Assembly: GCA_947644595.1 (NCBI GenBank)
Contig: CANSAE010000007.1
Coordinates: 63,303 to 95,302 of the forward strand
DNA: 32,000 nucleotides
Direction of reading: 5' to 3'
DNA from: an uncultured Clostridia bacterium
Lineage (GTDB): Bacteria > Bacillota > Clostridia > Oscillospirales > Oscillospiraceae
How positions within the stretch are numbered: position 1 is the first letter of the stretch; each line of letters opens with the position of its first letter. Under the pieces are notes generated by a model. That model was not told where the DNA came from, searched no databases, and saw only the letters and a program-made list of their open reading frames with translations. Shown one piece after another: positions 17,569 through 23,367 of the stretch. The position numbers were made by a program, and so were the translations under genes.

Positions 17569-17607
17569 GACCGTTCTGGGGGTAGGAGCCCGGGGCGGTC
17601 TTTTTTT
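17569..17607 (+). terminator. Orphan plus-strand intrinsic terminator between int and the repressor remnant
   Basis: A 12-bp stem GACCGTTCTGGG / CCCGGGGCGGTC (three G-U pairs, so valid only in the + RNA), loop GGTAGGAG, then seven T. No + strand gene lies upstream of it. Confidence 0.4.
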
Positions 17608-17611
17608 GTTT

Positions 17612-17755
17612 TCAGCGCCCGAGCCAGTCGGGCAGGGGCACACGCTCGCGCATGATCACCGTGCCGAAGCAACTGACTTCTCGGCTGCTGCCGTGGCGGA
17701 TGGTCACGTCGGCGTCGCTGCGAGAGGCAGATTTTAGGGGAAGGCATTGACAAAA
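17612..17755 (-). pseudogene. Remnant of the 3' end of a second LexA/CI-type S24 repressor gene (no start codon, about 47 codons)
   Basis: The open frame reads ..LPLKSASRSDADVTIRHGSSREVSCFGTVIMRERVPLPDWLGR*. The intact repressor C-terminus reads ..LFSLNRARADADQTIQYNSGRAVSCFGTVIMPQRIPLP*. At the DNA level, CATGATcACCGTGCCGAAGCAACTGAC at 17651-17677 matches 18658-18684. Confidence 0.75.
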
Positions 17756-17829
17756 ACTAAAAAATGATGTACTCTAAGTGTGGAGGAACGCCGCCAGATA
17801 ACGCGAGGGTGTTGAACCAGCATGAGAAA

Positions 17830-18597
17830 TCATGTGGCAGTCGCACTGGGGGTTCCTCTATTTTTTATGCCTTCACCACAAGGACGTTTATCTTTTAGTG
17901 AACCATTTGCTGGACGCATATTGTTTTGAAAATACTTTACACCGTAACTGTATAAGTTTCCTGCGTGTCGATAGTTTTTCTCCCAGAGTTTTATTGCAAA
18001 GCAAGGCACAATCATTCCGTAAGAGTTGATTTCATGACTATAAAACATAGAAGTGGCACACACGTCTGCCAATTGTAGCATATCCCAAGATTGTGCAGTT
18101 TTACATTCCACGCCAGTAAAGACGGGAGAGATTTGGTTAGTGCTATCAGGTATCAGTTTATCTTTGATGTAATTGATCAAGTCTTGATCTCGAGATGTAC
18201 CCCGGCTGGAAAGTATAATTTTTCCAATACGATTAGAATCTCTCATAAACCAAGATACTCGCTCGATTAGATATCTGCAAATGTAATTATAAGCAAGGCG
18301 GTCGCTTGGTATTCTTGAGGTATCAAATTGGTTTGTATCAAAAAGCACATGAACACAAGTGAAGTTACATTTTTCCAATTCCCGCACAATATAAGCACGG
18401 CGGTTAAAGTCTTTCACATTTCTAAAATGAATTGTATTGAGATTTAATGTGCTTTTTATAGTTCTCATGGTTGCACGAATATTAGCTTCCTGCGCTTGGT
18501 CAACAATAACGGCAGTGAGAACAAACCATTGGGTTCCTCTACTTGCACCGAGATCGCCAGCTTCATCGACATATACAGTTGAAAGTGTTTTATCCAT
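17830..18597 (-). CDS. DUF3800-family protein
   Basis: 255 aa. The N-terminal VYVDEAGDLG and C-terminal LQLADVCA match the DUF3800 pattern (DESG ... QxADxxa), recalled from memory. The gene is markedly AT-richer than its flanks. Confidence 0.7.
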   Translation of the reverse strand: MDKTLSTVYVDEAGDLGASRGTQWFVLTAVIVDQAQEANIRATMRTIKSTLNLNTIHFRNVKDFNRRAYIVRELEKCNFTCVHVLFDTNQFDTSRIPSDRLAYNYICRYLIERVSWFMRDSNRIGKIILSSRGTSRDQDLINYIKDKLIPDSTNQISPVFTGVECKTAQSWDMLQLADVCATSMFYSHEINSYGMIVPCFAIKLWEKNYRHAGNLYSYGVKYFQNNMRPANGSLKDKRPCGEGIKNRGTPSATAT

Positions 18598-18634
18598 ATA
18601 CCCGTCTCATTTCTTTAGTCAGTCCCGTATATTT

Positions 18635-19414
18635 TCACGGCAACGGTATGCGTTGGGGCATGATGACCGTGCCGAAGCAACTGACGGCTCGGCCGCTGTT
18701 ATACTGAATGGTTTGATCCGCATCTGCCCGTGCCCGGTTCAGGGAGAACAGGTACAGATTACCATACATATCCTTGCACACCTGCTTGCAGACAAATTCG
18801 CCGTCTACCAGGAGCGCGGCAACATCTCCGTCGAGGGGGTCTCCCTTGCGGCAGAGTTGGATCGAGCCGTTCGGGAGGTAGGGCTCCATACTGTCGCCGT
18901 TGATGCGGACGGCAAAGTCTGCCACTGTATCAATGGGGACTTCGTAGTCCTCCCAGGGATTGCCGAAGTCCGGATCGCCCCGGCCGGCGGCAAAGCTATT
19001 GCCCAGAAGGGGGATGATTTTTGTGACCGGAACCAAGTCCACGGCAAATTCTGTGTCCTGCCGGGGCAGTTGGCGCAAACGCTCTGCTTCACAGCGGGCA
19101 ATCTCTGTATCTGCCAAACCTCGTACGGCTTTTTGCCCCCAGTCATCCAGCCGGGTATCATAATCCTTTGCAAGCTGCGAGGCCTCGTCCGATAGGGACG
19201 GGGCTTTTTTTGTTTTAGGAGGAGTGTCATCCAAGTCATCCAAGGTGTGCCCAAAAAAATGAACGATTTGCCGCATGGTTTCTAATTTAGGATCTTTGGT
19301 GGAACCAGCAAACAGTTTTTCTAATGTTGGTTCAGGAATCCCGGAACGTAAGGAAATCTCTTTTGTAGTGAGACCGCTTTCCATTTTCATCCTTTTTAGG
19401 TTGTCAAGCCACAT
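18635..19414 (-). CDS. CI/LexA-like phage repressor (XRE HTH plus S24 peptidase)
   Basis: N-terminal HTH LTTKEISLRSGIPEPTLEKLFAG. The S24 domain has INGDSMEP (Ser nucleophile) and FVCKQV (Lys). The start at 19414 (MWLDNLKRMK...) has an AAGGGGAG SD; the track start 19441 lies inside the promoter region. Confidence 0.85.
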   Translation of the reverse strand: MWLDNLKRMKMESGLTTKEISLRSGIPEPTLEKLFAGSTKDPKLETMRQIVHFFGHTLDDLDDTPPKTKKAPSLSDEASQLAKDYDTRLDDWGQKAVRGLADTEIARCEAERLRQLPRQDTEFAVDLVPVTKIIPLLGNSFAAGRGDPDFGNPWEDYEVPIDTVADFAVRINGDSMEPYLPNGSIQLCRKGDPLDGDVAALLVDGEFVCKQVCKDMYGNLYLFSLNRARADADQTIQYNSGRAVSCFGTVIMPQRIPLP

Positions 19415-19427
19415 ACTTGTCTCCCCT

Positions 19428-19560
19428 TTCCACCATAGCATACCACATCAGCATGGAGAAATCAAGAAAAAATTTTCCATTGGTGGTGGAAAAATGCTTG
19501 ACTTCCACCGCAAAAGGTGGTAATATAGCATCAGAAACCACCGAGAATGGTGGAAAGAAA
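19428..19560. promoter_or_regulatory. Divergent immunity switch: leftward repressor promoter, rightward early promoter and TTCCACC/GGTGGAA operators
   Basis: Rightward promoter: TTGACT (19498-19503), 17 nt, TAATAT (19521-19526). Leftward promoter: TTGATT (19465-19460), 17 nt, TATGCT (19442-19437). Inverted repeats: TTCCACC-gcaaaa-GGTGGTA (19503-19522, inside the rightward spacer) and AACCACC-gagaat-GGTGGAA (19536-19555). Extra half-sites lie at 19428-19434 and 19485-19491. Confidence 0.6.
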
Positions 19561-19571
19561 GGAGAGAAGAT

Positions 19572-19691
19572 ATGAGCAAGAAAAAGAAAAACGGCAACGA
19601 AGATACTACCGTCAAGTACATAATCCTCGTTACCGCAATTCTGGAACTCGTTGATACCTTGATGGAAATCATCAAGAAACTCATCGAGTAG
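19572..19691 (+). CDS. Small hypothetical protein (39 aa), first ORF of the rightward transcript
   Basis: MSKKKKNGNEDTTVKYIILVTAILELVDTLMEIIKKLIE. A GGAGAG SD lies at 19561-19566. The ORF is below the track cutoff. Confidence 0.4.
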   Translation: MSKKKKNGNEDTTVKYIILVTAILELVDTLMEIIKKLIE

Positions 19692-19768
19692 CGGGAGGGG
19701 CGGAAGCCCCTTTCGTAGATAGGATACTCGTTTTTCTGCTCATTGTCAATAGATTATAGGAGGTGCGT

Positions 19769-19849
19769 ATGGAAGTTTTTGAATGGGTGCTGCGGATCGC
19801 AGAGTTGCTTTTTTATACCGCAGTGATTGTTTATGTGGTGAGGAGGTGA
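19769..19849 (+). CDS. Small hydrophobic peptide (26 aa), translationally coupled to the next gene
   Basis: MEVFEWVLRIAELLFYTAVIVYVVRR. An AGGAGGTG SD lies at 19758-19765, and the stop overlaps the next ATG (TGATG at 19847-19851). Confidence 0.35.
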   Translation: MEVFEWVLRIAELLFYTAVIVYVVRR

Positions 19850-20073
19850 TGTCATTGCAGGTGGTGTACCCGACGCTGGTTTCAGAAATGGCCAAAAATA
19901 AGGTGACAAAAACAACGATTGCAAAAGCTGTTGGGATTTCAACTCGTTCACTTTATTCAAAATTGAATGGGAAGACTGACTTTACATTGTCAGAAGCAGA
20001 TAAAATTCATTCTATTTTTTTCCCATATGTATCAAAGGACGAATTATTTGCGACAGATGCAGAGGGTGTATAA
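19849..20073 (+). CDS. Small Cro/XRE-like HTH protein (74 aa), paralog 1
   Basis: MSLQVVYPTLVSEMAKNKVTKTTIAKAVGISTRSLYSKLNGKTDFTLSEADKI..., with a GAGGAGG SD. It is about 40% identical by eye to the product of 20700-20924. Confidence 0.7.
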   Translation: MSLQVVYPTLVSEMAKNKVTKTTIAKAVGISTRSLYSKLNGKTDFTLSEADKIHSIFFPYVSKDELFATDAEGV

Positions 20074-20110
20074 AACCCGCCTGTTATACAGGCGGGGAAG
20101 GAGGTGAAGA

Positions 20111-20251
20111 ATGTCAAGAATTCGAGAATGGATTGATCGCCTATTTGAGCGAGAGCCTAATATATTACTCAAAGCGGCGGTCATCATCAACGCAGTAACC
20201 CTAATATGCCAAATATCACTGTTGCTACTAATGTTAGTACACCGATTGTAA
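20111..20251 (+). CDS. Small membrane peptide (46 aa)
   Basis: MSRIREWIDRLFEREPNILLKAAVIINAVTLICQISLLLLMLVHRL. A consensus AGGAGG SD lies at 20099-20104 with 6-nt spacing. The 3' 65 nt overlap the convergent gene 20187-20537. Confidence 0.45.
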   Translation: MSRIREWIDRLFEREPNILLKAAVIINAVTLICQISLLLLMLVHRL

Positions 20252-20537
20252 AAGATACCATTTGCCAAGTGCGATTCTCTTGAATTCTAAGTTCATATTC
20301 CTGTTCGTCTTTACGCATAAGGCTTTCCTGCTTATCTAAGAATTCTTGGAATAATAATCCTTCGTTTGTTATGACATATTCATCGCCAGTCTTTGTTAAG
20401 GCGTATGGAGCTATGAAATCAAGGGAAATAAGATGTTCAGCGTCTACGGGATGCAATTTTATAACTGCGCCACTTGATGTGCTTTTCAAGATGGACCTAT
20501 CTCGTTGAGACAGAAAAATGGTACTGTAATCCGTCAT
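20187..20537 (-). CDS. Hypothetical C-terminally membrane-anchored protein (116 aa), reverse-strand cassette
   Basis: AAAGGAG SD, its own near-consensus promoter (20559-20587), AT-rich composition, and C-terminal TM WQMVSFTIGVLTLVATVIFGILGLL. No family was recognised. Confidence 0.7.
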   Translation of the reverse strand: MTDYSTIFLSQRDRSILKSTSSGAVIKLHPVDAEHLISLDFIAPYALTKTGDEYVITNEGLLFQEFLDKQESLMRKDEQEYELRIQENRTWQMVSFTIGVLTLVATVIFGILGLLR

Positions 20538-20558
20538 TTTAATGCTCCTTTCTATTAT

Positions 20559-20587
20559 ATTTTACCATGTGAGCAAGGGAAGGTCAA
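20559..20587 (-). promoter_or_regulatory. Near-consensus promoter for the 116-aa gene, TTGACC-17 nt-TGgTAAAAT
   Basis: On the minus strand: TTGACC (20587-20582), a 17-nt spacer ending in TGg, and TAAAAT (20564-20559). Confidence 0.6.
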
Positions 20588-20699
20588 ATAAAGAATAGGG
20601 GTGAGATTTTGGAGAAACCAATCATGGCGGACGGTATCCGAAGGTTCGTTACGGAGCGAGGCTTAACGGATAATTTTCATGAGATACGGAGGTGGTACG

Positions 20700-20924
20700 G
20701 TGGTTTATTATCCAACTCTTGCTGGAGAAATCGCAAAACGGGGAATCAAGAAGAAAACCATTGCGGAGTGCCTGGGTGTGTGCGATAAGTCCCTGAATAA
20801 TAAGTTATCGGGACGGGTCCCGTTTACATGGCCAGAAGTAAAACTGATTTGCCGAACATTTTTCCCGGATATGAGTCCGGAAGAATTGTTTGCGGCCAGC
20901 ACGGAACAGGAAACTGGTGTTTGA
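20700..20924 (+). CDS. Small Cro/XRE-like HTH protein (74 aa if GTG start), paralog 2
   Basis: (M)VYYPTLAGEIAKRGIKKKTIAECLGVCDKSLNNKLSGRVPFTWPEVKLI... The GTG at 20700 lies 7 nt after GGAGG and gives the same length as paralog 1. An alternative ATG is at 20679. Confidence 0.65.
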   Translation: MVYYPTLAGEIAKRGIKKKTIAECLGVCDKSLNNKLSGRVPFTWPEVKLICRTFFPDMSPEELFAASTEQETGV

Positions 20925-20938
20925 AAGGGGTGTAAAGC

Positions 20939-21106
20939 ATGCAAAACAATCAGACGATTGAGATTAAGGCTCATATCGATACGAGCGAAATCAGTGAGGC
21001 AACAGCAAAACTTGAGCAGTTAATCGAATTGTTGGAAAAAGCCAATTCGCTGATTTGCGAATTGGCTAATAATGAAATCAAGCTTTCAGTTGAACTCAAG
21101 CCGTAA
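20939..21106 (+). CDS. Small hypothetical helical protein (55 aa)
   Basis: MQNNQTIEIKAHIDTSEISEATAKLEQLIELLEKANSLICELANNEIKLSVELKP. An AAAGGGG SD is present. The last 21 nt overlap the convergent gene 21086-21301. Confidence 0.35.
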   Translation: MQNNQTIEIKAHIDTSEISEATAKLEQLIELLEKANSLICELANNEIKLSVELKP

Positions 21107-21301
21107 ATTTATCTCTTCCCGGCAATGTGGGCAGATGCTGTGACCGGGCTTAACTTTAATTTGAGATGAGCAGTGTGGACAAGTAATTTCGTATCTCTCA
21201 TTAAGCAAAGCATTTTGTGTTTGCCCTATGATGGAAGATTCCAAGTCTCTGGTGAATCGCCGCATGTCTGACTTATTGCTGAGATTGTACTTTTTTGCCA
21301 T
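21086..21301 (-). CDS. Small zinc-ribbon protein (71 aa), reverse-strand cassette
   Basis: MAKKYNLSNKSDMRRFTRDLESSIIGQTQNALLNERYEITCPHCSSQIKVKPGHSICPHCREEINLRLEFN, with two CPHC pairs. An AAGGATGG SD and the consensus promoter at 21357-21385 are present. The longer track ORF (to 21559) would run through that promoter. Confidence 0.6.
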   Translation of the reverse strand: MAKKYNLSNKSDMRRFTRDLESSIIGQTQNALLNERYEITCPHCSSQIKVKPGHSICPHCREEINLRLEFN

Positions 21302-21356
21302 TAGATAACCATCCTTGTAAAAAGATAAGTGGGGTGCAAGACCACTTTCGGGTATT

Positions 21357-21385
21357 ATTATACGATAATCGGCAATGAAAATCAA
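21357..21385 (-). promoter_or_regulatory. Consensus SigA promoter, TTGATT-17 nt-TATAAT
   Basis: On the minus strand: TTGATT (21385-21380), a 17-nt spacer, TATAAT (21362-21357), about 55 nt upstream of the ATG at 21301. Confidence 0.6.
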
Positions 21386-21590
21386 TAGATAATGTGGCTT
21401 GGATATAAAAAACATACCATATCTTGTGTTTTTTGGAATCCGTCTCACATCGTCGGAGACTGTGTGGAATTGCGGGAATCCGTCTGCAAAAAGACGTGAA
21501 AAAATTTTTGTGGCGGTGGAACAAGTAGCATGAAAAACTGGCCTCTCTTGCCAGAACAAGAAAGGCCAGAATGGCAGATGTTCGCCGAAT

Positions 21591-21809
21591 TTACGGAGTG
21601 CAGACCGTCCATTGCTGGGCGGCAGGGCGATTGTTCACCTCGGAATCAAATGTATCGGAAATTGCGGTATGTGCCTGTCCTACGGCATTGACAAATTCGT
21701 TGATGGCATTTTCAACGATCTTTTCATTATCCTGTACGCAGTTTTCGCAAGCGGAAGAAGATACAGTGTTGTTTGCCGTGATATTATTTCTCATTCTTTC
21801 TAATCGCAT
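21591..21809 (-). CDS. Hypothetical protein (72 aa)
   Basis: ORF with protein-like composition (MRLERMRNNITANNTVSSSACENCVQDNEKIVENAINEFVNAV...). The SD is weak (GGAG about 11 nt upstream) and no clear promoter was found. Confidence 0.3.
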   Translation of the reverse strand: MRLERMRNNITANNTVSSSACENCVQDNEKIVENAINEFVNAVGQAHTAISDTFDSEVNNRPAAQQWTVCTP

Positions 21810-22051
21810 CCAAACTGTTGCTCCATTGGTAATGGGGATAGGTCATTTCTGCCTATCTCTCACAGTCGCCTGTGAGTTCAGACTGTGCCTTCATCCCGGA
21901 GGGATGCTCCGTGTCCAGTCGTTACACCTTCCCTGTATTCGGGCTTGGCTCGGCGTTTTCTGCTGAGGATAGGCTACCATATTTTGCCAGATTCGGCAAG
22001 GAAGAATCTACATGGCGCACAAAAGGGAAAATATGAAGGGGGGTGAACGGA

Positions 22052-22315
22052 ATGGAACAGAGCTTTGAGCTGCACCTGAAAATCGTGGAGGGCGGGGAGA
22101 ATACCCAAGTGGATACACGGCTGGAGGGTACGGGGGACGTGCGGCCGGATACGTTGATCAATGTACTATCGGAGCTGGTGCCGGTGGTGCTGCGGGAGAA
22201 TCGGGAAGCTATTGTGAAGCTGTGCTGGAATCTGGCGCTGGGGCTGCGGCCCCAAAAGAGCAAGCAGGAAGGCATTTCCATCGACCTGCCGGACATCAGG
22301 CCGGAGGAAGAATAA
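22052..22315 (+). CDS. Hypothetical phage protein (87 aa)
   Basis: ATG at 22052 with a GAAGGGGGG SD. It is followed by the hairpin GCCCTGTTCGG...CCGAACAGGGC (22321-22352). Confidence 0.55.
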   Translation: MEQSFELHLKIVEGGENTQVDTRLEGTGDVRPDTLINVLSELVPVVLRENREAIVKLCWNLALGLRPQKSKQEGISIDLPDIRPEEE

Positions 22316-22417
22316 GAAACGCCCTGTTCGGCGGGGAAACACCGAACAGGGCATAGGGGTGTAAAAGTTAACCACAATTACACCTCCATTATAGCAAAAA
22401 GAATGGAGGATTGCAAG

Positions 22418-22621
22418 ATGAAAAATAAAGTGATGAATATTCGTACGCTACGGCAGCGGGCGGGGTTGAGCGTACCGGCGTTGGCCGCGGAGACCGGGGT
22501 GTATCCGGGGATGGTCAATAACTGGGAGCATGAGGTCTATTTGCCGACGGCGCGGCAGCTCCCGGTGTTGGCTATGGCGTTGGGCTGCTCCATCGATGCG
22601 CTGTACTGCGGGGAGGGCTGA
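22418..22621 (+). CDS. XRE-family HTH protein (candidate Cro / early regulator)
   Basis: MKNKVMNIRTLRQRAGLSVPALAAETGVYPGMVNNWEHEVYLPTARQLPVLAMALGCSIDALY, with a GGAGGA SD 6 nt upstream. Confidence 0.75.
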   Translation: MKNKVMNIRTLRQRAGLSVPALAAETGVYPGMVNNWEHEVYLPTARQLPVLAMALGCSIDALYCGEG

Positions 22622-22624
22622 ACG

Positions 22625-22921
22625 GTGCCGAGAACAAAATTTACTGATCATGTGGCCCGGCAGCTGGAAGTGGACCGGCAAGCCAGGCGGGACCGGATCC
22701 GCGAGAAAATACAGGGCGCTTACCGGGAACAGGGGAAGCCGATTGAGGCGATCTCTAAAGCGCTGGGGCTGTCCCGGTCTGTGACCTACACCCGGTTAAG
22801 CCAGCCGGGGGACAAGTGGGAACTGCGGGAACTCATTGTGACCGCCGGCTGTTTACATATCCCGATGGACGAGCTGACGCCGTTTATGACGTCGCAGTAC
22901 TACGGAGGGGCAGGGCGATGA
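22625..22921 (+). CDS. Hypothetical phage protein, possible HTH
   Basis: GTG start 7 nt after GGGAGGG. It contains IEAISKALGLSRSVTYTRL. Its stop overlaps the next start. Confidence 0.55.
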   Translation: MPRTKFTDHVARQLEVDRQARRDRIREKIQGAYREQGKPIEAISKALGLSRSVTYTRLSQPGDKWELRELIVTAGCLHIPMDELTPFMTSQYYGGAGR

Positions 22922-23367
22922 GAAGGGACGAGCGCATCGAGGCGGTACAGGTGGAGTTCCCACGATTCAGCGGGCGCTTGTATACTGCCTGCCGCAGAAC
23001 GCCGGAAACGGGCGTGACCCTGTGCGCCCGGGCAAGAGAGCTGGCCGGCTTGAAGAAACCGGAGAAGCGGACAAAGGGGATCCACTGGTCCATTCGTGTG
23101 AACGAGGAACAGGACGCGCTGCTCAAGCGCCGGATGGACAAGCTGCACTACACCAGCAAGCAGGCTTACATAGAATCGCTGTTGGTAAAGGAAGCGGAAA
23201 AGCAACTCCGGGAGGAGCAAAAGGCGAAGGACACGGCATATGTGAGGGAGCAAGACCCGTTTTACCGGGAAAAGCTGTTGAAGGCCGCTGCGAAAAGGAA
23301 CGGAGTGTCGAAGCAGGAAATTGAGGAGTACATCAAAACCGGGAGGAAAGGTCATGGGCAAAAATGA
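22918..23367 (+). CDS. Hypothetical phage protein, possibly ribbon-helix-helix followed by a charged coiled-coil
   Basis: ATGA overlap with the upstream stop. The segment WSIRVNEEQDALLKRRMDKLHYTSKQAYIESLL looks like an RHH/MobC-type motif; this is a weak call. Confidence 0.55.
   Translation: MRRDERIEAVQVEFPRFSGRLYTACRRTPETGVTLCARARELAGLKKPEKRTKGIHWSIRVNEEQDALLKRRMDKLHYTSKQAYIESLLVKEAEKQLREEQKAKDTAYVREQDPFYREKLLKAAAKRNGVSKQEIEEYIKTGRKGHGQK

Noticed and set aside
17274-17753. 159-aa minus-strand ORF spanning the int start and the region upstream of it.
   Set aside because: It overlaps the int N-terminus out of frame and its product is Arg/Pro-rich. The only meaningful coding signal in 17612-17755 is in a different frame (the repressor-tail remnant).
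20614-20780. A roughly 55-codon plus-strand ORF starting at ATG 20614 (MADGIRRFVTERGLTDNFHEIRRWYGG...), out of frame with HTH paralog 2.
   Set aside because: It has no SD and overlaps the HTH gene in another frame. Its product has no recognisable features, whereas the HTH frame has a clear paralog.
21571-21966. 131-aa and 63-aa plus-strand ORFs (21571-21966 and 21612-21803).
   Set aside because: They have no SD and a Cys/Leu/Phe-rich product typical of AT-rich off-frame sequence. They overlap the somewhat more plausible 72-aa minus-strand ORF. All three remain low confidence.
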